DNA of 64,000 nucleotides from Coleofasciculus sp. B1-GNL1-01 (GTDB lineage: Bacteria; Cyanobacteriota; Cyanobacteriia; Cyanobacteriales; Coleofasciculaceae): assembly GCA_040220235.1 (NCBI GenBank), contig JAVJTO010000044.1; one strand, written 5' to 3'. The notes under the pieces are model-generated. The model was not told the origin of the DNA. It saw nothing but the letters and a program-made list of their open reading frames with translations, and searched no databases. The position numbers and the translations under genes were made by a program. The stretch's first letter is position 1. Each line of letters begins with the position of its first letter. Positions 1 to 10,491 of this stretch are shown here, in pieces.

Positions 1-1294
1 TAACAAGAAATGGGTTGGTTTTGTGGTAAAAAAGAGCGGTCTATGTTTATTCCAATCAACCGCTCAATCAATAATGCTACCCAAATTCTATCACAGTTGC
101 CTTAAGAATTATCTAAGTGAGTCTCAACTTCTCACCCTAGAAATTTTACTGTGGCTGCTTCAAGTACATAAACAAGTCAAGATTGAGAGATTAGCCGCGC
201 TCTTTCCTGTACCCATCCTTTATCAAAGTAGGAGGAAACATCTGCAAAGGTTTTTAGTTCTTCCCAATCTTAGTCTACCATTAATTTGGTTTCCGATAAT
301 TAAATATATATTAACATCAACAGCTAAGTGAGTTGGGTTTAACTCCAGGGATGAAGTTATTTCATTCGGGAGTTAATTATACAAAGAAAAAGGGGTTTGG
401 TCGTTTTAATTTAGCCGCTTATTGGAAACGAAAGTATCGAGGTAAAGGAAAAAAAGGGCTGGTTTATTCTAACCAATTTAAGTAGTATTGATGAATTGAT
501 TCAGGTTTATCAATCTCGAATTGGCATAGAATCCTTGTTCAAAGATTGTCAGACAGGTGGCTATAATTTAGAAGGGACTAAGGCATGTATAGAACGTTTA
601 AATCGTTTAGTCTTGTTAATTGCCATGGCTTATACTATAGCTTTTTTAAAAGGTAACAAAACTCGTTGTCAAAGACAACAAAAATATATTTTTCGTCTCA
701 AAGAGGTAGCAAGAAGCCAGAGACGACATAGCAATTTCTGGATTGGTCTTTATGGATTGACTTGGACTATTGGATGGGATTTTTGTCGAGTAATGGTTGA
801 GAAACTTATGCACCTTAATCGCTCTAAAATCCATTACTTTCAACAAGGATTAAAAGCCATGTACTTAATTGAAAATCATTAACTTTTTGGGTTGGGTGGA
901 AACTGAGCTGGCTTTCCTGGGGACAATGATGAATTCAAATAATTCTAACGCCTTACAGATAATTTGAGGGAGTATCCCGTTGGGGACAAAGCATTACCTA
1001 ATGTAACGCTTTTTGCTTGGGTTTCAGCCCTATTCAAAGAGCAAACGTGCCAAATTTGGATGCTCCCTAATTTGATGATTCACTTAGATTTAATCCAAGT
1101 AAATTTGCGGAAAATATACGCAAATTTGTTTTTGTCCGAAAAAGACAACCAAGATACTCAGAGAATCAGGTGATTATCATTCTCATTTCATTTTTTATTA
1201 TCAATAAACCTGTCAATAAGCTCTCATCTTTTTTAAGCTTGAGAGGAAAAATGCTTTGTCTACCAAGCTTTTGAGCTGCTTGTCACCCCTTCAG
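1..1294 (+). mobile_element. Degenerate IS4-family insertion sequence (left end outside the window)
   Basis: Transposase remnants at 74-882. The segment ends in CTTGTCACCCCTTCAG (1279-1294), which resembles termini of cyanobacterial IS4-type elements. Confidence 0.7.
74..882 (+). pseudogene. IS4-family DDE transposase, internally deleted and frameshifted
   Basis: N-terminal MLPKFY...QVKIERLA...SRRKHLQRFL stops at 331. The middle (GLTPGMKLF...WKRKYRGK) is in another frame and the C-terminal GWFILTNL...YQSRIGIESLFKD..TGGYNLE in a third. Much shorter than an intact transposase. Confidence 0.85.
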
Positions 1295-1345
1295 CTCGCT
1301 AGCGGTGTAAAATTTCCTGGTAATTTGTGCTGCCAAAGACTCATT

Positions 1346-2365
1346 TTATTGACCAACTAAAGGAAGCAAAAGCTGACGAGTTTCATCTAGGATGATATCT
1401 GCTGCGATTGGTCCACGCATATTACTCCCCCAGGTGTAATATTCAACAAAGTACACCCGACCTTCTTTACTGGCTTGCATAGATTGGGTGAGAGGATTTT
1501 GCTGCCAAACCTGTTTAACTTGCTCCATCGCATCGTTGCGGCGATGATTTGACACGATGACAATGATGATATCTGCCTCAAGTTGTGGCAAAACCTCCAA
1601 AGAAATGGGAATGTCGCTAAACTCAGCCTTCTGATTTTTGGGCAATACCAGCTCAAACCCTAGCTCTTGAAAGAGTAACCCGCTGATACTATCGCCAGTT
1701 CTCACGTAAATAGAACCAGATAATTGAGAAGTTGAAAATAGTAAAACTCGTGGATAAGTCTCTGTGACAGGTGCTAATTCTGTGCGAAGTTTAGCTAACT
1801 TTTGATTATGTGATTCGATAACAGTTTGTGCCTGCTCTTCTCGATCAAAAACTTGGGCAATTTTAGGAATACTGCGTTTCCAGTCATCTTCTTGGCCACT
1901 AAACAATAGAGTTGGCGAAATTTTTGAAAGCGTCCCGTAGTCTTGTCCATCTTCTCCCAAAATTAAGTCGGGCTTCAACTGTACGATCGCTTCTAGGGAA
2001 GGAGTATTGCGAAGTCCCAAGTTAATTGGATTGCTAGTAACACGCTCCCCCAAGACAGGTATCTCTGATACCGGATTTCCAATCCCTTCTGTGTACCACT
2101 CTGCATATCCAGCAGGTTGTATTCCCAAAGATAACAAGACATCAAGCATATGAGGTCCGAGAACGGCAACCTTTTTGGGTATGCCGCAGATTTCGGTTTC
2201 ACCTGCATCATGCTGAATGATTCTGCATTCAGATGTTGACGCCTTTTCACTTTGAGACACCAGATTTTGAGAAGTCTTGCTGTGGCAAGCCGAAATTAAC
2301 CAGAAAGTTAGCGTTACAAGAAGCAAAAGCTTAATAAACCGATGGAGCCGTTGTATCATCTTCAT
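1346..2365 (-). CDS. Iron-siderophore ABC transporter periplasmic binding lipoprotein (FhuD/FecB-like)
   Basis: Lipobox LISAC; PSLEAIVQLKPDLILG and LSKISPT motifs; siderophore-uptake context. Confidence 0.9.
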   Translation of the reverse strand: MKMIQRLHRFIKLLLLVTLTFWLISACHSKTSQNLVSQSEKASTSECRIIQHDAGETEICGIPKKVAVLGPHMLDVLLSLGIQPAGYAEWYTEGIGNPVSEIPVLGERVTSNPINLGLRNTPSLEAIVQLKPDLILGEDGQDYGTLSKISPTLLFSGQEDDWKRSIPKIAQVFDREEQAQTVIESHNQKLAKLRTELAPVTETYPRVLLFSTSQLSGSIYVRTGDSISGLLFQELGFELVLPKNQKAEFSDIPISLEVLPQLEADIIIVIVSNHRRNDAMEQVKQVWQQNPLTQSMQASKEGRVYFVEYYTWGSNMRGPIAADIILDETRQLLLPLVGQ

Positions 2366-3333
2366 ACTCCAACGCTCAACGGTTCAATTTCTATCAAATT
2401 TTGAACCTGAAATTGAGGGGTTTTCTCAGCTTGATTTCCTTCACAATCTCCAATCAAATAAAGACATTTATTCTCATCTTCAACAACATCAGCTCGATAT
2501 CCTTTCAGCACACCATCAGGTGTTTTAAAAATCAACTCGATCCGGCTAAAAGTTTCTTCTTCGTTTTGCTCAATAATCTGACAATTAACGCTGTAATCAA
2601 ACCATTCCCATCCATATCGAAATATGAGTTCTCGCTCTAAAACCTGTGCCAAATACGGCAACAAACTCCAGCCGCGATAAATATCCTTGAAACAATTAAT
2701 ATCGCCCGTCTTAGTCAAGACTGAAGTCAATGAAGTAGCGTCGAGCCTAGCGTAGTATCGGCTTTCGGGAAAATCGATAATCGTCGGCGCAAAACGATGA
2801 CCACCAAAATGACTGCATTCCCAAATCCGCACCTGATCAAGAGATAGTTGCTCAACCGTTGCTAAAGCCTGGTAGTAGAAAGGCTTGCCATATTTAGCAC
2901 AGCATTTGTCATGAGTACCGTGGGTACAGACCAAAATATCGCGAGTTTGGGGTTGAGTGTTTTTACTACGACGTTCCCAATTGACTAAGCAGTCTTTCAC
3001 CGCTGGAGCCACTTCTTGGAGATCGGAGACTTGCAATTCTTGTCGTTCATAAGTTGTCGCTAATCCTTCAGGTTTCCGAAAAATTAGCACCCTTGTGTAG
3101 TTCTCTTGCTTGAGACGATGACTGTGAATTAACAAAAACCTCACAGACAATTCCGCCTGTTCTATTTCCTCTTTTAATTGTCGTAAATTGGCAGGAATTG
3201 ACTGAGACGTTAGTGCCATCGCAGCCCAAGGTGGAGGACATTCTATCAGCACATAGAGGTGTTCATCTCCTGCCATACCAATCGGTTCTTCACCGGCTTG
3301 ACGCGATTCATGAGAGCAAAAGAAAGGTTCCAT
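2362..3333 (-). CDS. Sucrase/ferredoxin-like (thioredoxin-like 2Fe-2S) protein
   Basis: LVCTHGTHDKCCAKYG and WECSHFGGHRFAP give the C-x8-C...HxGGH signature; 4-bp overlap with the binding-protein gene. Confidence 0.85.
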   Translation of the reverse strand: MEPFFCSHESRQAGEEPIGMAGDEHLYVLIECPPPWAAMALTSQSIPANLRQLKEEIEQAELSVRFLLIHSHRLKQENYTRVLIFRKPEGLATTYERQELQVSDLQEVAPAVKDCLVNWERRSKNTQPQTRDILVCTHGTHDKCCAKYGKPFYYQALATVEQLSLDQVRIWECSHFGGHRFAPTIIDFPESRYYARLDATSLTSVLTKTGDINCFKDIYRGWSLLPYLAQVLERELIFRYGWEWFDYSVNCQIIEQNEEETFSRIELIFKTPDGVLKGYRADVVEDENKCLYLIGDCEGNQAEKTPQFQVQNLIEIEPLSVGV

Positions 3334-3433
3334 GACAAACGTTATGTTTAACAGTATTTATGGATCATTTAGCTGTAGGGTGTGTTGCGGTTTTAGCCCA
3401 ACGCACCCCCCAGATAAAATTCCGGTGCGTCAC

Positions 3434-6097
3434 TTACCAAGTAACGCGATAGCCAAGACTCAAGGTTCTGCCCGGTGCAGCCCGATTTTGTACATTGGAA
3501 AAGCCTCCTGGTATTTGCGATCTCAATGGAAAATATTGATTGTCAAACAAGTTTTGAATGCCGATTTGTATTTCTCCTGTGCCTAGTTGAATACTGCTGA
3601 TGTAATCGACGACAAAGTAGCCCTCAATCGGCTGAGGATCGCGGTCGGCATCAAAACCGCGATCGCGATCGCCCACATATAATGCTTGCAATCGATTGCG
3701 CCATCCCGGTAGGGTTTCGTTTTCCACATAGACGGAGATTTTAATCGGCTGAATGTCTCGCGTACTCAGCGCCACAAAGTCGCCATCATCATCTTGCTTG
3801 TCTTCCCCTTCATTCCAACTGATTAAACCGCCCAGTTGCCAGGTTGGATTCGGTTGCCAATCAACGGTTGCTTCAACCCCATAGATGCGCCGTGGCGCGC
3901 GAGCCACCCTAACTTCAGTAAATCCATCACCTATTTCAACCACGTTGAAACTAACCCCGGAGTCGGAGTAGTTGTAAAAACCAGCCAGAGAAAACTGCAC
4001 GTCCTGCCAATTTCCCCGAATGCCCAGCTCGTAATTGTCAATTTTTTGAGGCTGGGTAAAGATTAGATCTTCATCTACGGATCTGAATCCGCTTGGTGGA
4101 CTGCGGAAAATGCGCCCTAAGTCGGGCACGCCAAATCCTTGAGCAAAGCTGGCAAATAGACTCAATTCATCAGTGACTTGGTAGACGGCACCCACATTAA
4201 AGACAACGTCATCGGCGTTAACGCTTCCCCCTTCAATGTCTCGGTCGGGTTCAAACCCAATCCCAAAAACAGTATAGTCATCAACGCTAGCGCTAATGTT
4301 TTCGTACCGGGCTCCACCACTCAGCAAAAGGCGATCGCTAATGTCCCACGAGAGCTGAGCAAACAACCCCAAGTTTTCAACTTCATAGGGAGGCGTGGTG
4401 AAATTTTCTGCAATAACTCGAAAAACTCGTCCGCCGCTTCGATCAAATTCATCAACATCAAAGAATTGCTGAGGTTGAGACAGATTTTCCTGACTGTAGT
4501 CGGCTCCCCATAATAAACTCGCTGCCTCTGAAAAGGGCGTATCAATTTGTAGTCGTCCGCCCCAGCGCTCGGAATCTTGTTGATTAAACGCAACAAAAGG
4601 GGGATCGCCACCAAAGTCTCTGTTATCAAAGGGGAGTCCAATCACACCAAAATTTTCTCGATAGAACCCCTGTAGAGCAACTTGTGACCCCAGTAAATTG
4701 TCGTGAGTGTAGTTCAAATTAACAACTGTATTGACTCTCCTGGGATCGCCGTCTATCCCGATGAACTCAGGTTCTTCAATCCTTAATGCCTCGGCTTTGC
4801 GAGTAGCCGGCGGGAAGTCATTCAGACTTGGATCGGAAGTAAACTCGACCTCTTGCGTATCGCTGAAATGGTTGACGCTGATTTGTAGACGTTGATCGTC
4901 TGAGATATCAAAGCCAAGTCTGCCGAGAACATTGATTGTGCGTCCATTCTCTTGGGCATTCTCAAAGTTGGGAATGCGATCGCCTTCGGCATCAAAAGAG
5001 TAGCCAAACGTTTCCCATGAGAGATTAAACAAACCGTCAACAGGACCGCCTAATGGACCGGAAAAACCATACTCAACATACGTCCCAAAGCTCTCTGCTG
5101 CCAAATCCCCCCGAGAGGTGACGCGAGTTTCTACCGTCGTCCTAAGTTCGTCTCCGGGTCGGCGCGTGATGATGTTAATAATGCCGCCGGTTGCGCCTTC
5201 CCCAAAAACTGCGGAGGGACCGCGTACCACTTCAACCCGTTCAATAGCACTGGGGGCAATACTTCTGAATTCTTGATTAAATGCTGTATTTTGATTCGTA
5301 CTAATGGGTACGCCGTCTACTAAGATTTGAATGCCGCGTCCCCGCAATGTTTGAAGAGCATTTCTGAAGCTCTGAGTCGGTGGCCCCAAGCCTGGAACAG
5401 TTTGTCCGAGAATGTCTTGGAGATTAGTAGTTAAGTTGCTTTGCTCTTCAAGCTCCTCACGGTCAATCACCGTCACAGATCGCGGAATATCCTCTTCTTC
5501 TTCTGCGGTACGAGTGGCAGTAACAATCAGTTCAATTTCCTCAACTTCCTCCGCTTCCTCTGGCATCATCCCCGGTACCACACTCAGCACCAAATTTCCT
5601 GCCTCTGTCCTCACGTCTGCGGTAGGCGGTGCCTCTGTACCTGTAATCGATACCTGCACCTGCTCTCCTGGTAAGCTTGTCACCCTCACTAGCCCAATTC
5701 CTGGGGCTGGGTTAAACTGCTCAAACGCTTCCCCATCTGGCAGTGCCAGCACCGCATTGGGAATCTCTACAATTAGAGCATTTCCCACCACCTCTGTACT
5801 CGGTGTCACCACTTCGCCCTCTGCTGTTTCCAGCACCACCTCAATGCCATCCGTTGTTGGGTTAATTTGTATCCCTGTTACTTGTACAACTGAGTCTGAC
5901 TCTACCTGAGTGGGAGGAAAATCTTGACTCAACCACTCGGCACGGGTTAAGGGAAACTCAATCTCTGACAGGCGTGGCGTTTGGGACGTTGATGCATCGG
6001 TTGAGACTCGGGTCATCTCTGCCCTGACTGACCCCGCCGCGATCGCTGAAATTGCACCTGTTAAGTATAGAACTTGAAGCAATTGCCCTTTTTTCAC
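3434..6097 (-). CDS. TonB-dependent siderophore receptor with N-terminal AMIN domain
   Basis: TonB box IVTATRT, plug motif IERVEVVRGPSAVFGEGATGGIINIIT, C-terminal NLFDNQY...GRTLSLGYRVTW. Probable GTG start at 6097 (the ORF is open to 6172). Confidence 0.92.
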   Translation of the reverse strand: MKKGQLLQVLYLTGAISAIAAGSVRAEMTRVSTDASTSQTPRLSEIEFPLTRAEWLSQDFPPTQVESDSVVQVTGIQINPTTDGIEVVLETAEGEVVTPSTEVVGNALIVEIPNAVLALPDGEAFEQFNPAPGIGLVRVTSLPGEQVQVSITGTEAPPTADVRTEAGNLVLSVVPGMMPEEAEEVEEIELIVTATRTAEEEEDIPRSVTVIDREELEEQSNLTTNLQDILGQTVPGLGPPTQSFRNALQTLRGRGIQILVDGVPISTNQNTAFNQEFRSIAPSAIERVEVVRGPSAVFGEGATGGIINIITRRPGDELRTTVETRVTSRGDLAAESFGTYVEYGFSGPLGGPVDGLFNLSWETFGYSFDAEGDRIPNFENAQENGRTINVLGRLGFDISDDQRLQISVNHFSDTQEVEFTSDPSLNDFPPATRKAEALRIEEPEFIGIDGDPRRVNTVVNLNYTHDNLLGSQVALQGFYRENFGVIGLPFDNRDFGGDPPFVAFNQQDSERWGGRLQIDTPFSEAASLLWGADYSQENLSQPQQFFDVDEFDRSGGRVFRVIAENFTTPPYEVENLGLFAQLSWDISDRLLLSGGARYENISASVDDYTVFGIGFEPDRDIEGGSVNADDVVFNVGAVYQVTDELSLFASFAQGFGVPDLGRIFRSPPSGFRSVDEDLIFTQPQKIDNYELGIRGNWQDVQFSLAGFYNYSDSGVSFNVVEIGDGFTEVRVARAPRRIYGVEATVDWQPNPTWQLGGLISWNEGEDKQDDDGDFVALSTRDIQPIKISVYVENETLPGWRNRLQALYVGDRDRGFDADRDPQPIEGYFVVDYISSIQLGTGEIQIGIQNLFDNQYFPLRSQIPGGFSNVQNRAAPGRTLSLGYRVTW

Positions 6098-6186
6098 ACT
6101 TGACACCCTCACACTGAATAATGACCGAAATTGTGATGCCCCCTGTCCTCTGACCTGAAAAAGCCTTGTCAAATCAGTGGGGCTAT

Positions 6187-6209
6187 TAATTGAGATTTAA
6201 TCTCAATTA
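6187..6209. promoter_or_regulatory. Putative Fur box upstream of the TonB receptor
   Basis: Perfect 11-1-11 palindrome TAATTGAGATT-T-AATCTCAATTA. A second Fur-like box lies at 6380-6400. Confidence 0.75.
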
Positions 6210-6574
6210 TAAGATTTAAATTATAGATGTCTCTATGGGGTTTTGGCAATAGGAGAATTGGAAAATTATCCCGAACCCAGCTAGAGGTCTTGACCTATAC
6301 TCCGGGTATTCAGCTTAATTAACCCGAAATTAGCGATCGCTTTACATCGGGCGATCCAGTCAAGCTAAGGGGGGTAGCTAATTGATATATTATTTCAATT
6401 GAGTGGTTACTTATCCACTGCTCATACTGATGAGGATATCGATTACATCATTCAAGCCGTGAAGGATAGTATAGGGGAACGGCGATAGGGAGGGTATTTG
6501 CTCAGCTTAAAGGGGAATTGCATTATCCCAGATGTTCGGAATATTTAAGCTGAAGTTCCCCTTTGACTACAGCT

Positions 6575-7570
6575 TCATGACTCCTGCCCCGCTACCAAAT
6601 ACTTGAATAAATCATCAATCACAGCATCCGCTGCGAGAGGATTGCCTCCACGCCACGTAGCAAGATTGACAGGATAAACCTTACCCTCCTGCACCGCTTC
6701 GAGTTTGTTCCAGAGCGGATCATTTTTTAGTTGCTCAAAGGCTTTTTCAGAATCATCATCGTCATCGACAATGGCAAAAATGATGTCTCCATCTAATTTT
6801 TCAGCGATCAATTCTTCTGAAAAAATAACTAGACCACCTGGTGCTGAATCTTGGGATGGAGGACGACGTAGTCCAACATCATTGAGAATGATGCCACTAA
6901 AGGAATTTTTCACGTCGCTAGCTAGGTTGTTGCAACACACTCTTACAACTGATACATCGATGTCTTGATAATTATCACCCAAGGCTTGCCTAAGTTCCTG
7001 AATGCGTTGTTCGTAATGCGCCCAAACTTGCTTAGATTCCTCAGTTTTTCCTAACACTTCAGCGACAAAGTTGAAATGCTCTTTCCAATCCGAATAACCG
7101 TACCAATTATCTACAACTGTTGGCGCAATTTGAGACATTTGATCATAGGATAATTCTGAATCATTCATGGCTATGATTAAGTCAGGCTCTAGGATCAATA
7201 TTTTTTCTAAATTGGGTTGATTGCCTGTTCCCACAATTTGAATTCCTTCTAATTTCCCTTCTAAATAGGGAGGAGGAGCCTTTTGATCAAAGTAGAGGAT
7301 TGTCCCTACTGGCTTAACTCCAAGGAAAATGGCATTTGCCATTGTCGGAACACCCAGTACAACCGGACGTTGAGGATTCAGCGGAATGCAGGTTTCTCCA
7401 GCCAGATGATCAACCCTACGGCAATTCGTTGAGGTTGAAGTTTCAGAGACCGAAGAATGATTACAAGCCACAACCAAAACCGCCATAAACCCAAATAAGA
7501 CTATCTGTTGATAGATACGTTTTATCTGAGATTTTGCACCATACCCAAATTGACTTCTCATAAAACTCAT
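6575..7570 (-). CDS. Iron-siderophore ABC transporter periplasmic binding lipoprotein
   Basis: Lipobox LVVAC; QPNLEKILILEPDLII, SQIAPTV and PLWNKLEAVQEGKVYPV motifs. Confidence 0.9.
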   Translation of the reverse strand: MSFMRSQFGYGAKSQIKRIYQQIVLFGFMAVLVVACNHSSVSETSTSTNCRRVDHLAGETCIPLNPQRPVVLGVPTMANAIFLGVKPVGTILYFDQKAPPPYLEGKLEGIQIVGTGNQPNLEKILILEPDLIIAMNDSELSYDQMSQIAPTVVDNWYGYSDWKEHFNFVAEVLGKTEESKQVWAHYEQRIQELRQALGDNYQDIDVSVVRVCCNNLASDVKNSFSGIILNDVGLRRPPSQDSAPGGLVIFSEELIAEKLDGDIIFAIVDDDDDSEKAFEQLKNDPLWNKLEAVQEGKVYPVNLATWRGGNPLAADAVIDDLFKYLVAGQES

Positions 7571-7596
7571 TAAAATCTTAGGGGTATTGTAATACG

Positions 7597-8430
7597 TTAA
7601 TGCTTGAGGCGAGCCAGACGCTCCTCTCGACTCATCAGGGGACAGTTACCGCAGTAGCCTTCACCTTCAGGCATTCTAAAGAGTAAGCAGCAAACTCGAC
7701 GAATGGTAACAGGTTCTGAGAAATTTGGCTCTTCAATGGATTCGCAGACGACTGTTTGATACAGCGGATTGCGTCCGATTCCAGCAGGACTGTCGAATTG
7801 CTCAAAAATTATAGCTCTATCTTCCTGAGTGGCAGTAAAAGTTCCTGGGCAGTTGCTCAACTCTTCATACAAATAGTCACAGATGTTGCCCGTATTCCCC
7901 CACATGACTGAACGGGGGAGCTTAGTCAGAGCATTCACTTGTTTGTTTAAGAAACGCAAATGCTCAAGCAGAGATGTAAAGACAAAAGCATGGAGTTGAG
8001 AGAGTTCCGTAACTGTTGGGAGATTTGATGCTGTAGTTTCCTCGAAGCGGGGAGGATAGACTACTGTTCTATCCAATCGGTTCAGCACAATCGCCTTTGG
8101 TGTTTCATCCTTGAGAATTAGGCTGACGTTCTCTAGGGAGGCATCTAAGCCGATGCCCAACAGTGTCATAGCAGGTAGTATGGCTGGAATGAGTGCATTA
8201 TTGTAATTCTTGTTCCATAAAGAAGTGGCTACAGGTAAATCAGGAATACGATGCACTTTTGCAAAGATTTCAAGGCTCGTTTGGAGGCGCTCTGGTGCTA
8301 AATATTCCCTGGCAGATATAACCTCAATGGATTCTGAGGGTGATGTTAGCTGTAAGCGGTTTTGCAAAAACTCATTGAGGTAAGGAGAAAAACGAGCGAG
8401 TCGAGTTTGTAAAACTTCAGGAGTTAGCAT
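7597..8430 (-). CDS. fhuF: Siderophore ferric iron reductase, FhuF family
   Basis: C-terminal RRVCCLLFRMPEGEGYCGNCP (CC...CxxC 2Fe-2S motif), WGNTG and NPLY motifs. Confidence 0.85.
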   Translation of the reverse strand: MLTPEVLQTRLARFSPYLNEFLQNRLQLTSPSESIEVISAREYLAPERLQTSLEIFAKVHRIPDLPVATSLWNKNYNNALIPAILPAMTLLGIGLDASLENVSLILKDETPKAIVLNRLDRTVVYPPRFEETTASNLPTVTELSQLHAFVFTSLLEHLRFLNKQVNALTKLPRSVMWGNTGNICDYLYEELSNCPGTFTATQEDRAIIFEQFDSPAGIGRNPLYQTVVCESIEEPNFSEPVTIRRVCCLLFRMPEGEGYCGNCPLMSREERLARLKH

Positions 8431-8650
8431 GATGAGATGGATTTAATCCAACAGATGTGTAAATCGACCGTCTAGTATTGACATGAAACCCAAAAAAACA
8501 ATCGCTCTACAATCAGGGCGACTGCCGCTAGGAAAAAACCGAGTAGGGGTCAAGCGACGATTCCGCCTGCCTGGAATAATGGGCATAGCCTCTCTTGCAA
8601 CTTTAATTTAAAAAGCTCAGCCAGCTTTCCAGGATACTGTGGGAGAACAA

Positions 8651-8670
8651 GTTGATAATTATTTTCAATA
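8651..8670. promoter_or_regulatory. Putative Fur box upstream of fhuF
   Basis: TGATAAT-T-ATTTTCA, one mismatch to the 7-1-7 Fur consensus. A minus-strand TTGACA lies at 8695-8700. Confidence 0.7.
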
Positions 8671-9117
8671 AAAATATCGCTAAATCGGTTTCTTTGTCAA
8701 GGAGTTGAGCGAAATATTTTTTGGTGCGGGAGAGTCAGCTAGGATGTTCAGCGATCGCCCACCCAGGAAAAACCACGGATAAGAGAGCTTTTGGCGACTA
8801 TTGCCGAGAGAAGACCTCTACACCGCCGGAACTCTTCCCACTTGACATCGGTGGCGAATAGTTGTAATTATTCTAAAATTATTAAAAATAAGTTGCAAAA
8901 ATTTTTTATGGCTAGTCGTGACCAAGCTGTCATGGTATGCTTGCCAAGTTCATTTATCGTTTCACACTTAATGCAACTTATATGCAATAATTTGGAGCAG
9001 TTGATTACATCATTCAAGCGGTGAAGGATGGTATAGCGGAACTGCGTCTTTATGCCACTACTGCGTAATCTTCTTTTTATCTGCAATCATGGGATTGGGG
9101 TCAAATCTTTAATCATT

Positions 9118-10491
9118 ATGACCAGTTACCAATTTCCAGAGGAGTTCTGCTGGGGAAGTGCTACCGCTTCCTATCAAATCGAAGGTGCAGTAAACGAAGG
9201 TGGGCGCAAACCCAGTGTCTGGGATACATTTAGCGCTACCCCTAGACGTACCCTGAACGGTGATACAGGTGCTGTGGCTTGTGACCATTATCATCGCTAC
9301 GAACACGATATAGACTTAATGGCACAACTGGGTATTCAACACTATCGGTTTAGTATCGCCTGGTCACGAATTATTCCCGATGGTCGTGGTACGGTGAATG
9401 AACAAGGGATTGACTTTTATAAGCGTTTGGTGGATTGCCTGCGGGATAAGGGAATTACGCCCCACGCGACTTTGTTTCACTGGGACTCCCCCCAAGCGTT
9501 AGAAGAGGCTTACGGTTCCTGGCAAAGTCGGCAAATGGCAATCGACTATGCTGATTATGTTACCACCGTTGTCAGTCGATTAGGCGATCGCATTACCCAT
9601 TGGATGACGCTGAATGAAATACCCTGCTTTACTCACTGGGGTTATGGGGTTAATTCTGATCCGCCTCATGCACCGGGAACGCGGGTGAGTTCACTCAAGC
9701 AGGTGTGGCAAACTTCTCACCACGCCCTTTTAGCCCATGGTTTAGGGTGTCAAGCCATTCGCGCCGCATCTCCTGTTCCCTGTTCAGTGAGTTTAGTGGA
9801 TAATTTTGCAGTAACCGTACCGATTAATGAATCTCCTGATCATATAGAGGCGGCTAAAAAAGCATTTCATACTGTTGGAAAAAATGGTGGGATTATTTTT
9901 CCCGCCTTAACTGGAAAGTATAGTCCGGCGTTGTTGGAACAGTTAGGCGAGAATGCGCCCGATATTCAGGATGGAGACTTAGAAACCATTCATCAACCTT
10001 TAGATATTCTGGGGTTTAATGTTTACTTCGGTGACTATGTTCGCGCTGTTGATAATGAATGCGGATATGAGGTTCTCAACTTTCCAGAACATTATCCGAA
10101 ACTAAATATGCCATGGTTGCATATTTTACCCGATTGTATTTATTGGGGCATTCGCCATATTAGTGAAACAGTAGGGCGTCCCGATTTACCCATTGTGATT
10201 ACTGAAAACGGTTGTGCTGTTGTGGATGAGTTAAATAGTCAGGGGGAAGTGATCGATATTGACCGCATTTTTTACCTGCGTCAGCATTTGCGATCGGCTC
10301 ATCGGGCTATTTCTGAAGGATATCCTCTAAATGGATATTTCCTTTGGAGTTTGATGGATAACTTTGAATGGTCTTATGGTTATGATCGTCGATTTGGATT
10401 GATTTATATCGATTATCGCACTCAAAACCGGATTCCGAAAGCCAGCTTTGATTGGTATCGAGAATGTATTAGAACCAATCGCGTGGTGTAG
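9118..10491 (+). CDS. Beta-glucosidase, glycoside hydrolase family 1
   Basis: FPEEFCWGSATASYQIEG N-terminal motif, TLNE acid/base, ITENG nucleophile, WSLMDNFEW. The ATG at 9118 is preferred over 9052. Confidence 0.93.
   Translation: MTSYQFPEEFCWGSATASYQIEGAVNEGGRKPSVWDTFSATPRRTLNGDTGAVACDHYHRYEHDIDLMAQLGIQHYRFSIAWSRIIPDGRGTVNEQGIDFYKRLVDCLRDKGITPHATLFHWDSPQALEEAYGSWQSRQMAIDYADYVTTVVSRLGDRITHWMTLNEIPCFTHWGYGVNSDPPHAPGTRVSSLKQVWQTSHHALLAHGLGCQAIRAASPVPCSVSLVDNFAVTVPINESPDHIEAAKKAFHTVGKNGGIIFPALTGKYSPALLEQLGENAPDIQDGDLETIHQPLDILGFNVYFGDYVRAVDNECGYEVLNFPEHYPKLNMPWLHILPDCIYWGIRHISETVGRPDLPIVITENGCAVVDELNSQGEVIDIDRIFYLRQHLRSAHRAISEGYPLNGYFLWSLMDNFEWSYGYDRRFGLIYIDYRTQNRIPKASFDWYRECIRTNRVV

Noticed and set aside
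964..1173. 69-aa ORF inside the IS remnant
   Set aside because: TTG start, no motif; probably non-coding IS sequence.
5412..5909. 165-aa antisense ORF and similar shadow ORFs (e.g. 16651-17121, 29494-29940, 38929-39501)
   Set aside because: They lie opposite well-supported genes and carry no motifs.
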